From positions 47,368,001-47,432,000 of the forward strand of contig NC_083422.1 in assembly GCF_020745735.1 (NCBI RefSeq): a DNA stretch of 64,000 nt, written 5' to 3'. How positions within the stretch are numbered: position 1 is the stretch's first letter; each line of letters begins with the position of its first letter. This stretch comes from Hemiscyllium ocellatum. Its lineage: Eukaryota. Below are positions 36,948-48,700 of this stretch, piece after piece. A program made the translations under genes and the position numbers. The notes under the pieces were generated by a model. The model was not told the DNA's origin and searched no databases. It saw only the letters and a list, made by a program, of their open reading frames with translations.

Positions 36948-37389
36948 GACTGCCTTATGAGGAAGGGTTGAGTTAGTTAGGTATGTACTCATTGAAATTT
37001 AGAAGAATGAGAGGTGACTTTCTTGAAACATCAAAGATCCTTAAGGGATTTGACAGAGTAGATGCAAAAAGATTGTTTCCTTGTGTGAGACAGTTTAGGA
37101 CCAGAGGGCTTAATCTCAGAATAAAGGGTCAAACATTAAAGACAGAGATGAGGAGGAGTTTCTTCTCGTAGAGGGTAGTGAATCTGCAAAATTCTTTACC
37201 ACAGGGGGTTGTAGAGACTGAGTCATTAAGTATATTCGAGGCTGAGATAGATCTAATTTTAATCAACAAGGGAATCAAGGGTCAAGGGAAAAGTTCAAGA
37301 ATAATAGATCAGCAACGATGAGCTATTGAATGGTGGAGCAGGGTCAATGGGCTGAATGGCCTACTTCTTCTCTGATGTCTTATGATCTT

Positions 37390-37700
37390 ATTGACCCATC
37401 ATCCCCTCTGTCCACTGACAACACCCTCCATGCCCATTACCCAACAACCCCCATGCTCACTGAGAACACCCCTGTCTTCACTGCTCAAAACCCCACGTCC
37501 ATTGGCAATGTCCATTATTGTTCAACCTCCAACATCCCATGCCCACTGACCAATAACCCCTGCCTTCTACCACCATCCTTCAACCGCCTAGCCCACTGCC
37601 CAATACACCTCATGCCTTTGACCAATGCCTTGTATTCCCATACCATTGACGGGCATTCCTTACCCCCTTGCCCATGAACCCCATGCCCACTGAGCCATCA
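37390..37700. repeat. Degenerate C-rich minisatellite (CCCATGCCCACTGAC..)
   Basis: Recurring motif seen directly. Confidence 0.6.
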
Positions 37701-38669
37701 TGATTTAAAATTCTTATTTAGTTTAGATTCTTTCATGGCCTTGCTCCGTCAATCTCTCTCTTTCTTGACCCCTATACTACCACCCTGAAGCTCTGAATCC
37801 AGCAGCCTTTCTCTTGCTGCTACCACCCCACTCCTGGTAACGAGTCTTGGACAGCCAAGTGGGTCAGACGAGTGCCACATTGCTGTTATTTTAAAAGTTA
37901 TCCCCCACCCCAGACCTTTTCTTACTGCTTTCTTGCTGGGTGAGGTGACAAGGATTCAAGTTAGAGTTTTAATGAAATTGGACTCCTGACCTTGTGGCAG
38001 TGACAGTAAAGGCTCTTGGGTATGTTTATGGTGTTTGCCAGAATCCAGCTGTACACTTCCCACACTTAAACTCAATGTTTTGAAACATTGAGAACTCTTG
38101 GAGCATATAAATAAGAGAGAGAACAGCGGCAAGCTCCAGAGGTTGTGCTTGTTTCATGGTCTTAGGGAAGGTGAGTCTCTCTATTTAATGCTTCACTTCT
38201 TACCCAGAATAAATGTCATTTTAATGTTCCTGACTGGGAGCAGGGGAAATACTTGAGGTTGTTCATTAGAATGGGACCAAAGGAAAAACTGGCAGCATCT
38301 GTCCCATAACATAAGAACCAGTGAGGAGAAAAAGGGAAAAACAGAACAATAGTGACCTCGAATGCACTGCCTGAAAAGTTGGTGGAATCAAATTCAATTA
38401 AAGCTTTCAAACAGGAATTGGATGTACCTGAAAGAAGGAAATATATTTTCTGGGCAAAGGGCAGATGAGGAGTCTGGGTCTATTTTGATAGACCAAGCTA
38501 GATATGATGGGCCAAATAGCCTGAGATTCCTTCATTTGATGTGAATGTGAGAGACAGCAAATTAAGAAATAGGGAGCAGGGAACTGCAAACTTAGCTATT
38601 GGCATTTTCCATTGACATTATCAAAAGTGTTTTCTGATTTTATATTTTTTCAGAGACAGTGTGGAAAAT

Positions 38670-38898
38670 CCCCTCAGAGTGAGTGAGGAGAGAGAGAAGT
38701 GAAGAGGGATGGAGCTGAGGAATGCAGGAGGTAACAAGGAGAAGCAAGGGAGCAGTGAAGGGAATAAAGAGTGGGGACATAATAAATAGGAAGGGTTTGG
38801 AGGGATATGGGCCAGGTGCTGGCAGGTGAGACGTGATTAGGTTGGGATACCTGGTCAGCATGGACATGTTGGACCGAATGGTCTGTTTCTGTACTGCA

Positions 38899-38932
<34 letters not shown>

Positions 38933-39260
38933 TATAATGAGGAGGACTATTGAGGAATGAGGGAGGTAACAAAGAGAAGATTCTGAGGGGTGAGGGAGGT
39001 GAGGAGGGGAAGTGAAAAGTGAGGGAGATGAGGAGGTGATCGGTGAGGTGGACAAGGCTGAAGAGAAAGAGAGGTGAGGAGAGAGGAAGATAAGGATGGA
39101 AGTGTTAAGAATTGAACGAAGTTAAGAGTGAGGGAGAGCGTGAGGAGTGTGGAAGGTGAGGACAGTGAGTGTGAAGAGGCGGAAATGAGGTGGATGAAGG
39201 TGAAGAGAAAGGCATGTGATGGGGAGAGGGAGGAGGCTGAGAAAGATGAGGAGAGAGGAG
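38670..39260 (+). repeat. Purine-rich low-complexity tract interrupted by a CR1 3' end and (TC)n at ~38901-38929
   Basis: Seen directly. Confidence 0.7.
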
Positions 39261-39661
39261 CCACTCTAGTTTTAAGATCCTTAAGGGTTAGTAGAGGAAG
39301 GAACCAGAATGTAATCATGGCCAGGATTTGTGGGGGTGTAGGATAGAGTTGGTGGAACACATGAGGAGAAGAGAAGCTTTGAGGAGCTGCAGTTTGGGAG
39401 GGAGTCACAGTTCATCAGGAGCTCGATAATAATTTGAGAGAGTGATAAGGATCAGTGAGTATCACTGTTTCAGATTTTAAAATGTAACAATTAAAGTGAG
39501 CGAATGTGGTCCTGTTCACTAGATTCTTTATTCACAGTCTGTACACTGACACGACTAAAGCTAATATGAGATGATGGTAGTTTCCTGAGTTGGTTCCAGG
39601 TGTTAAAACCTCTTCACTGGTCGATATGGCGATGACCCCAGCGGCTTCATCTCTCTTTCAG

Positions 39662-39710
39662 ATGCTGAGGCTCCTGCTTGCCTTCACCCTCCTTCTAATC
39701 CAGGTCAACG
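39662..39710 (+). CDS. Lipase coding exon 1 (signal peptide)
   Basis: ttcag|[17 protein letters not shown]|gtaagg. Confidence 0.85.
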
Positions 39711-42700
39711 GTAAGGAAACAAGAGAGCACTCGGTTCTGTGGGAATGCTCAAGGTGAAGCTCATGAGTGGGACCAGCCTAGAGCCGTTGCTCCTGAAGTA
39801 CTCACTGTATGGGGGAAATCTTAAATACTGTCACGACAATTTGGGAAAATGAATTAATCAGGAAAGTGACTTTGAAAGTGACTCAAACCCTGTATAAATC
39901 AATCAACACCCTCATGTAGGAAAGTAGGAAAATAGATCCTGTCTAAGCTATCGACGATTCTAAACACTTAGACATCTCAGGGCAACTTGGGATCAAAGAT
40001 CATAAAAAATTAAATGCATCAGGATTAGTACAGCATGGGGTTAGCCACACAACAAAGCTCCTTCTACTCCTTTAACTGAAATTAAAGCTCCATCTATTCT
40101 TTTAAACTAGGAGTAAACTGAAAGTAAAGTTCCCTTGACACAGTCCCCATCAAACACTCCCACAACAGGGACAGCACAATATTCAATGCAGAGTGAAGCT
40201 TCCTCTGCTCTTTCACAACAGCAAGGAAAGAGGAAACAAAGTTCCCACAAACCATTTCCATCAAACACTCCTGGGACAGGAACAGCACAGGGTTAAATAC
40301 GGAATAAAGCTTCTTCTACACTGCCCCTATCAAATGCACAATTAGAGTTATCACCCATCACTCTGTGATAGACTGAAATAAGGAAACACACAATGGCTGA
40401 TACAGTGAATCTGTGAGTTTTATTAACCTTTTGGTTATCTGTCAGCATTAAATGTCTGTTGTCCAATGTGACAAGCCTTGTGATATCTTATGAAGTTACA
40501 GGCACTAAATCAATATGGGTTGTTGTCATGGGATCACACAGTCTGATATAATAATCTGTCTTTGGAAATCCCTTAGATATGCTATGTGCCTAAATCTGGT
40601 ACTGTATCATGTTACACAGACCGTAGGTACACTGCAGCATGGGCCTTCAGTTTGCACAATATGACATATAATGCAGGTTGACTGCTTGTGAGGGTTTGGA
40701 TCAGACTGCATATTATTCTCACTGACTCTGTTTTCTTTACCTGTTAATGCTGCCTTCTTTGAAGCGGAGGGCATTTGCTATGACAGACTCGGCTGCTTCC
40801 CAAGTGGATATCCATGGACAGGGACAAAGGAGAGGCCTGCTAACAAACTCCCCTGGAGCCCGGAAAAGATCAACACACGTTTCCTGCTGTACACTAGGCA
40901 GAACCCAAACAATTATCAGGTAAGGACACTCAGAACATCCTCACAAGCAGTCACCAATAGCAGGAATTTGGAGGGTTTGAAGTATTGGGAGAGTCTGAAT
41001 AGGCTGGGGGTATTTTCACTGGAGTGACCTTTTGAGGCTTATAAAATCATGAGAGGCGTAGACAGAAGAATAGCCAAGATCTTTTTCCCACGGTAGTGGA
41101 GTCCAAAACTAGAGGGCATAGGTTTAAGGTGAGAGGGGAATGAATTAAAGGGACCTAAGAGGTAACTCTTTCACACAGAAGATGCTGCGTGTATGGAATG
41201 AGCTGCCAGAGGAAGTGGTGGAAGCTGGTACAATTACAGCATTTACAAGACCTTTGAGGGGCACATGAATAGGAATGGGCCAATGTTGGCAAATGGGACT
41301 CAGTCACTTTAGGATATTTGGCCTGTGTGGAAGGGTTTGTATCTGTGCTGTATAACTCTGTGACTGTAAGAGGAATGACAATACAAAGTAATTAATGCAC
41401 ATGTGTGATTTGATCCAATGTAAGTACACCCCCTGGCCCTGAGTTCTTTGGTGCATTTGAAATAAGCACAGAGGTACTAGTTTGAGGCACTTATACAGAT
41501 TTACACTGTGAGATCCTAGCCTGAAATTCCTGATTGTAATGTCAGTTATCACTATCACCACTGTGAAGTGTGTATCAAATTCTAGCACCTACACATGCAC
41601 AATTAAATATAAAAAACCTGGATGTTGCTAAGTGATATCTTTTCCTGATGAAGGGCTTATGCACGAAACATTGATTCTCCTGCTCCTTGGATGCTGCCTG
41701 ACCTGCTGTGCTTTTACAGCACCACACTCATGACTAAGTCAACTTTACTTCTAGATAACCTCTCCGACTCTCCAAAACAAATATACAAGTGTGGGTCTCA
41801 TTTCCTCAGGGTAAGATTTCAATCACAAAGTCAGAAGTGGAGAAGTTTGTCTGAGATTGCACAATGTTCAGCACCATTTGCAACTCCTCAGCTACTGAAG
41901 CAGTGAATATTCAAATGCATCAAGACCTTGACAGTACCTTGAAGCTGGAGCTGAAAAGTGGCAAATGGCATTCATGCCACACAAATGCCAGGGCTTATAG
42001 CTCACAGAGTCATACAGCATGGAAACAGACCCTTCGGTCCAACAAGTCCGTGCTGACCATGTCTGCAAACTGAACAAGTCCTGCCTGCCCACTCCTGGCC
42101 CATATCCCTCCAAACCTTTCCAATTCATGTATATATGCAAATGCCTTTTAAATGTTGTAACTGTATGTCCATCCACCACTTCTTTTGGCAGTTCATTCCA
42201 CACGCTAACCACTCTCTGTGTAAAAAACAAGTTGCCCCTCATATGCTTTTTAAATCTTTCTCCTCACACCTTAAAAATATGCCCCTAGTTTTAAACTCCC
42301 CACGTTAGGGGAAAGGAACCTGCTATCACCTTATCTATGTCATTCATAATTTTATAAACCTCTATAAGGTAAGCTCCTACTCTCCAGTGACAAAAGCCCC
42401 AGCCTATTTTTATTATTCAAACCCTCCATTCATGGCAACATTGTGGTAAATCTTTTCTGAACCCTCTCCAGTTTAATAATATCCTTCATGAAGACAGATC
42501 ACAATATGACATATTAGGCAAACATGCAGTAACAGAAAAGACTTGCATCATTCTCCCTTTTCAGAATAATATTGGAATAGTGGAAGCCTTGCACATCCAC
42601 CAGTGTCATTTATTGTATCTGTTGTTACCAATGCAGTCTCCTCTACACTGGGGAGACTAGATGCCTCCTCGCAGAGCACTTCAGGGAATACCTCCGGAAT

Positions 42701-45700
42701 ACCTGCACCAATCAACCCCACCGCCCACCGCCCTGTGGCCCAACATTTCAACTCCACCTCCACTCTGCCGAGGACATGCAGGTCCTGGGCCTCCTCCACC
42801 GCTGCTCCCACCCTCACCACCCGATGCCCAGAGGAAGAACGCCTCATCTTCCACCTCGAAACTCTTCAACCCCAGGCATCAATGTGGACTTCACCAGTTT
42901 CCTCACTTCCCCTCCCCCCACCTTACCTCAGTTCCAACCTTCCAGCTCAGCACTGTCCTCATGACCTGTCCTACCTGCCTATCTCCCTTTTATCTCTCCA
43001 CCCTGGAGGCTTCCTGCCTCTATTCCTGATGAAGGGCTTTTGCCCAAAACATTGATTTTCCTGCTCTTTGGATGCTGCCTGACCTGCTGTGCTTTTCCAG
43101 CACCATTCTGATCTAATCTTCCTTCCCACCTATCTGCTCCACTCTTCCACTGACCTATCACCTCCATCCCCACCCCCATACACCTATTGTACTCTTTGCT
43201 ACCTTCCCCCACCCTCCTCTCTGACCTATCACCTCCATCCCCACCCCCATTCACCTATTGTTCTCTTTGCTACCTTCTCCCCAGCCCCACCACCACATTT
43301 ATCTCTCCACCCTGGAGGCTCCCTGCCTCTATTCCTGATGAAGAGTTTTTGCCTGAAGCGTCGATTTTCCTGCTCCTCGGATGCTGCCTGACCTGCTGTG
43401 CTTTTCCAGCACCACTCTGACCTAAACTCTGGTTTCCAGCATCTGCAGTCCTCACTTTTGCCTTGTGGAAGCCTTCAGCCAAGGAGAGAGAGGTACTTAA
43501 TGAAGCCAAATCAGTTGGTGAATGCTTTAACTCATTGAATTTGTGTAGCTGTACACAGTCCTCAACTTAAGTCAATGATGAAAAATATAGCGAACTATAG
43601 GGATAAAACACTGAACAAATTCAGGAAAAACAGATAAAAACATTAGAGAACAATTCAGCAATGAACATCTCCAATAAAAGACAGTCTAATCACTGACCCT
43701 TGACATTCAATGGCATTACCATTGCTGAATCCCCCACCATCAACATCCTAGCAGTTGCCATTGCCCAGAAAAGCAACTGGACTCACCATAAAATACAGTG
43801 ACTCCAATAGCAGGTCAGAGGCTAGAAATACTGCAGCACGAAACTCATCTCCTGACTCCCCAAAAGCCTATCCATCATCTACAAGTCACGAGTGTGATGG
43901 AATATTTCCTTTTTGCCCTGATGGGTGCAACTCCAATGACACTCAAGAAGATTGACACCAGCCAAGACAAAGCAGTCCATTTGATTGGCACCACATCCAC
44001 TCCCTCCAACACTGACATTGAATAGCAGCAGGTCAAGAAGGCAACTCACCAGCATCTTCTCAAGGGCAACTTAGGGGTGGACAATAAATGCTGCAAAGGC
44101 CATATCCCACAAAAACTAAAAAAATCCTTGATATTTGAAATGATGACATTAATGATATTTAATCTTTTAATCTTGCGTCTGTCTGGATCTTTACTTCCTG
44201 AATGCCCTTAGAAAGGGAGTTATAATTCCTGTTCTTTATCGTCTGCTTGATTCTTCAATCTGCTTGGCTGATGAATCTATCTGCTCCCACACTTTTGGAG
44301 GGTGACGGACTTAAAGTTAGATCAAATTCTGGAAAATCCATGATCTTGTGAATATCAGATCTTTACAGAAAACCTTTCTCTTAGTCATACAGAGAGCATG
44401 GTCCTTCTGGTACTGACCATCCAATCAGGATCAAGATAAACAAACCATGTGCTTGAGACAGCTTCAACTATATTACAAACATTTGAGGGGGAATCACTTC
44501 TAATCTGAATCTCAATCTTTTTTTGCTATTTGTTTAGGAACTTAGTGGAACAAACCCTGAGACAGTAGATGCTTCAAACTTTGACCTTGATCAGAAATCA
44601 GTGTTCATCATGCATGGATACTTGGAAAATGGAGATGTTAGCTGGGCTGTAGATCTATGCAAGGTGAGAGCTGGTGATATGTATCACACGTGAGCTGGGG
44701 AAATGTACATAGTGATATGTACGTAATGATACGTACGTCACATGTGATATGTACATAACACCTGGGGAAATCCGCAAGGTGTGAGCTGGGCTGCAAGATG
44801 TGTGTTGGGGAAGCATGCAAGGTGTGAATTGGGACATTGTGCAAGGTGGCAGCCAGGGTCTGTGTAATATGTAAAATTAGGAAGTGTGCAAATTGTGAGG
44901 TGGAGAAGTGGGCAAGGTGTGAACTGGGCAAGTGTGCAAGCTGTGAGCTGGGGAAGTGTGCAAGATGTGAACTACAGAACTGTGCGAGATGTGAGAGCTG
45001 GTGATATCTGTAAGGTGAGGGCTGCAGAAGTGTCCATGCTGTGAGAGCTGGGGAAGTATGTCAGGGGTAACTGGTTTCTGTGTAGAAGCCTGGTGACTTT
45101 CTGAAGTGAGAAGAGGGATGGCGAATGGGAAATAGGGCTGACAACCCTCGAGGATTGCTTTGGGAATAGACAATTAACCTCAGGTGCCAATATCACTAGG
45201 TGCTACAATCGATTGTGTGATATTTATTCATCCATTTTCAACAACCTTATAGAGGCTTACAAAGGTAAGAGAGGCATGGATAGGATAAATGGACAAAGTC
45301 TTTTCCCTGGGGTCGGGAGTCCAGAACTAAGGGCATAGGTTTAGGGTGAGAGGGGAAAGATATAAAAGACACCTAAGGAGCAACTTTTTCACACAGAGGG
45401 TGGTACGTGTATGGAATGAGCCACAAGAGGAAGTGGTGGAAGCTGGTATAATTACAACATTTAAAAGGCACCTGGATAAGTATATGAATGGGAAGGGTTT
45501 GGAGGGATATGGGCCGGGTGCTGGCAGGTGGGACTAGATTGGGTTGGAATATCTGGTCGGCATGGACGAGTTGGACTGAAGGATCTGTTTCCATGCTGCA
45601 CATCTCTATGACTCTATGACTCTGTTTATCTTTATTGATACTGTAATATTGGAGGTACAGTAAAAGGCAACTTTATTGAGTGGGGCTATGAGTGACCAAG

Positions 45701-48700
45701 GTCGAATGATGAAACCTCCAGGACTACATTTAGTGAGAGTTGGTGACCCTCACTGGGAGGAGGGAATTGGGGGGAGTGGGGGAGTGGGTGTACTCTTTTT
45801 TGTGGAGAGTAAGCACCAATATGGTAGTGAATGGCCTTTGTCTTTACAATACATATGTGTTTTTAAGCAGTCCCCTCAGGGTGGGTTCCTGCAGATTGGT
45901 GAGGTCAGCAAATTCATGTCAGATCCTGTTTTCTGCTCTCTAAGACGATTCTGCGTGTGGATGACGTAAACTGTATCTGCGTTGATTGGCGAGGGGGTTC
46001 ACAATGTTCCTACAGCCAGGCTGCTCAAAACATCCGAGTTGTGGGCACGGAAATTGCATACTTCCTGGACACTCTGGAGGTGAGTGATCAACTGCAACCC
46101 TATAGATCAGTGCAGACAACCCATTGAGGAATAATACCTCATAGAGTAATCACCGTATAGAACAGATGGTAGCCACTCTATAGAATAGGCTTACAACGTA
46201 ACAGAAGCAGTGACTCTATAGAGAAGTGTATAAAGTATTGGTGGTAACCATTTCCTTTAATCACAGGATGTGGGCGTTAGTGGCAAGTGTAACATTTGTT
46301 GCCCATCCCTAATTGCCCCTGAACTGAGTGGCTTACCAGTCCATTTCAGAGGGCAAGTAGTATTCCACCACATTGCTATGGGTCCAGAGTCACAAGACTA
46401 GGTAATTATGGCTGATTTCCTTCTCTAAAGGGTTTTAGTGAAGGAGGTTTACTTGGTTTATATATCGACTTATTCACTGCATTTAAATTCCACCAGCTAC
46501 CCTGCTGGGAGATAAACCCATTCCCCACAGCATGAGCTCCTGGATTACTAATCCAGTGGCATTACCACTGTGTCATTACCTGAAGTCAGGTATTCTGGGG
46601 CCAGACGGGAAGTGGTTGGATGAGGAGGTGAAGGGGCAGATACAATGTGACTCCTGTCCGTCGTTATCCCTGGACTGGATTTCATTCCTGTTCTCTGAAT
46701 ATTGGAAAATTCTACTGGGATTTAGTAAGAGAGTTCAAGCAGGGATTTGATAAGACACTGAAATTTACTTCAAATGTCTGTGGACTTAACGTTCTGCCTC
46801 TTCCTTATCTGCCTCAGAGTCACTATAATTACACCATATCTAATGTGTACCTGGTTGGACACAGTCTAGGGGCCCACGCAGCCGGGGAGGCAGGGAAACG
46901 GGCACCAGGCATTCCTCGGATTACTGGTAATTCATTCCATTCTCAAACTAATATGAACCGCTGTCTAAATGAAAGTCAGAAAGAATGGGAATCCCATGGA
47001 CTGTGTGTCGAAGAGAAGCACATTTGCATTTTACATAATAGAAATGTGTTTATTTGTTGGACTATTATTCAATATACGTTTTTTTTTCATTTGTTTAAGG
47101 GATGTGGGTGTCACTGGCTGAGTAACCATTTATGCCCTTGAGAAGGTGGTGGTGAGCTGCCTTCTTAAATCTTTGTTGTAGGCACATCCTCAATGCTATA
47201 AAGGAGAGAGTTCCGGGATTTTGACCCAGGGACACTGCAGGAATGGCAATATATTTCCAAGTCAGGATGGTGAGGGGCTCGGCGGGGAACTTGTGAGTGA
47301 AATGAGATGGAATTGATTAATTAGAATGCTGGTTGGTGGGGTGAATGGGAAGAGGCCAAGTTAGCCACCCGGAATTAACGCTGCTGTTTGTGAAGGTTAT
47401 GAATAATCGAACAAATATGTTGAAAAACACTTCAAACAATCCCAGATTTATCCCACAGGGCTTGATCCTGTGGAGCCGTATTTCCAGAACACGCCACCGG
47501 AAGTCCGACTGGATCCCACTGATGCGTTCTTTGTTGATGTGATTCACACGGATGGTTCATCCCAATTTCCCAGTATTGGTAAGTGACACCACTCAAATAT
47601 TCAATCAGAGAAACCCAGACAGGGGATTGGGGTAGGACGGGCTGTTAGGATTAGCCCAGGAGCAGGGCAAGGTATTCGGACTAGCTTAAGGACAGCTTCT
47701 AATCCTGAGACAAAACAAAAAGTTGGCTGTAGAAAATGCTACTGTAATTCTTTGGCGAATAACACCTCCTCTTCCACTAAGGCCTGCCCACCATCTACAA
47801 GGCAGAGTGTAATGGGATACTAGGAGAAAGTGAGGACTGCAGATGCTGGAGTTCAAAGTCGAGAGTGTATTGCTGGAAAAGCACAGCAGGTCAGGTATTT
47901 TATGAGGAGCAGGAGAATCGACGTTTCGGGCATAAGCCCTTCCTCAGGAATCTGATGGGATACTCCCCACTTGCTGGAATGGGTGCAGCCTCAACAATAT
48001 TCAAGAAACTTGACACCATCCAGGACAAGGGAGTCTACTTGATTGGCTCCCCATCCACCATGTTCAACATTCACTTCCATCAGCACTGACACATAATGGC
48101 AGCAGTGTGTACCATGCACAAGATGGAGTGCAACAACTCATCTAGGCCTCTTTACCAGTGTGAGAACATAGAACATTATAGCACAGTAAAGGCCCTTCAG
48201 CCCTCGATATTGTACCGGGCTTTTATCCTACTCTAAGATCAGACTAACCTACATTCTGCAGCACAAATCTGAGTGCAATGGCTGGAATGTTGTTATGGCT
48301 GTTATGGACTAGGTCAGACCATTCAAAACATTCTTAAGCAGACAGCCCCAGACCATAACTTTGCAATTTATTTCGATAAGTTTACAATGAACATTACCCA
48401 GAATAAGTTATATTGGGTTGACTACTAGATTTTAAACAGACAAAGATTTATTCACAAAATTACACAATAAAATGGAAAGCACAGAATAAAGAACCCCTGC
48501 CGAACTCAGTCTATCCAAACAAACCTTAATTATGCTGTTCTGAATATACACAACAGTCCTAATAAATCAACTCCCTTTAAAACCCAATATAAATGGAACA
48601 CATGCTTATAGGTTGACGTTGAAGGGCAGAAAGAGAAAGAGTTTCCACACAGCTCCCTGTTGAATTTCTTACCAGTTCAAGACTGAACTAAACTGTTCAG

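Larger units (their letters stand above)
36310..37390 (+). mobile_element. CR1-clade LINE 3' fragment
   Basis: YSLKFRRMRGDFLE..KILKGFDRVD motif. Confidence 0.8.
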
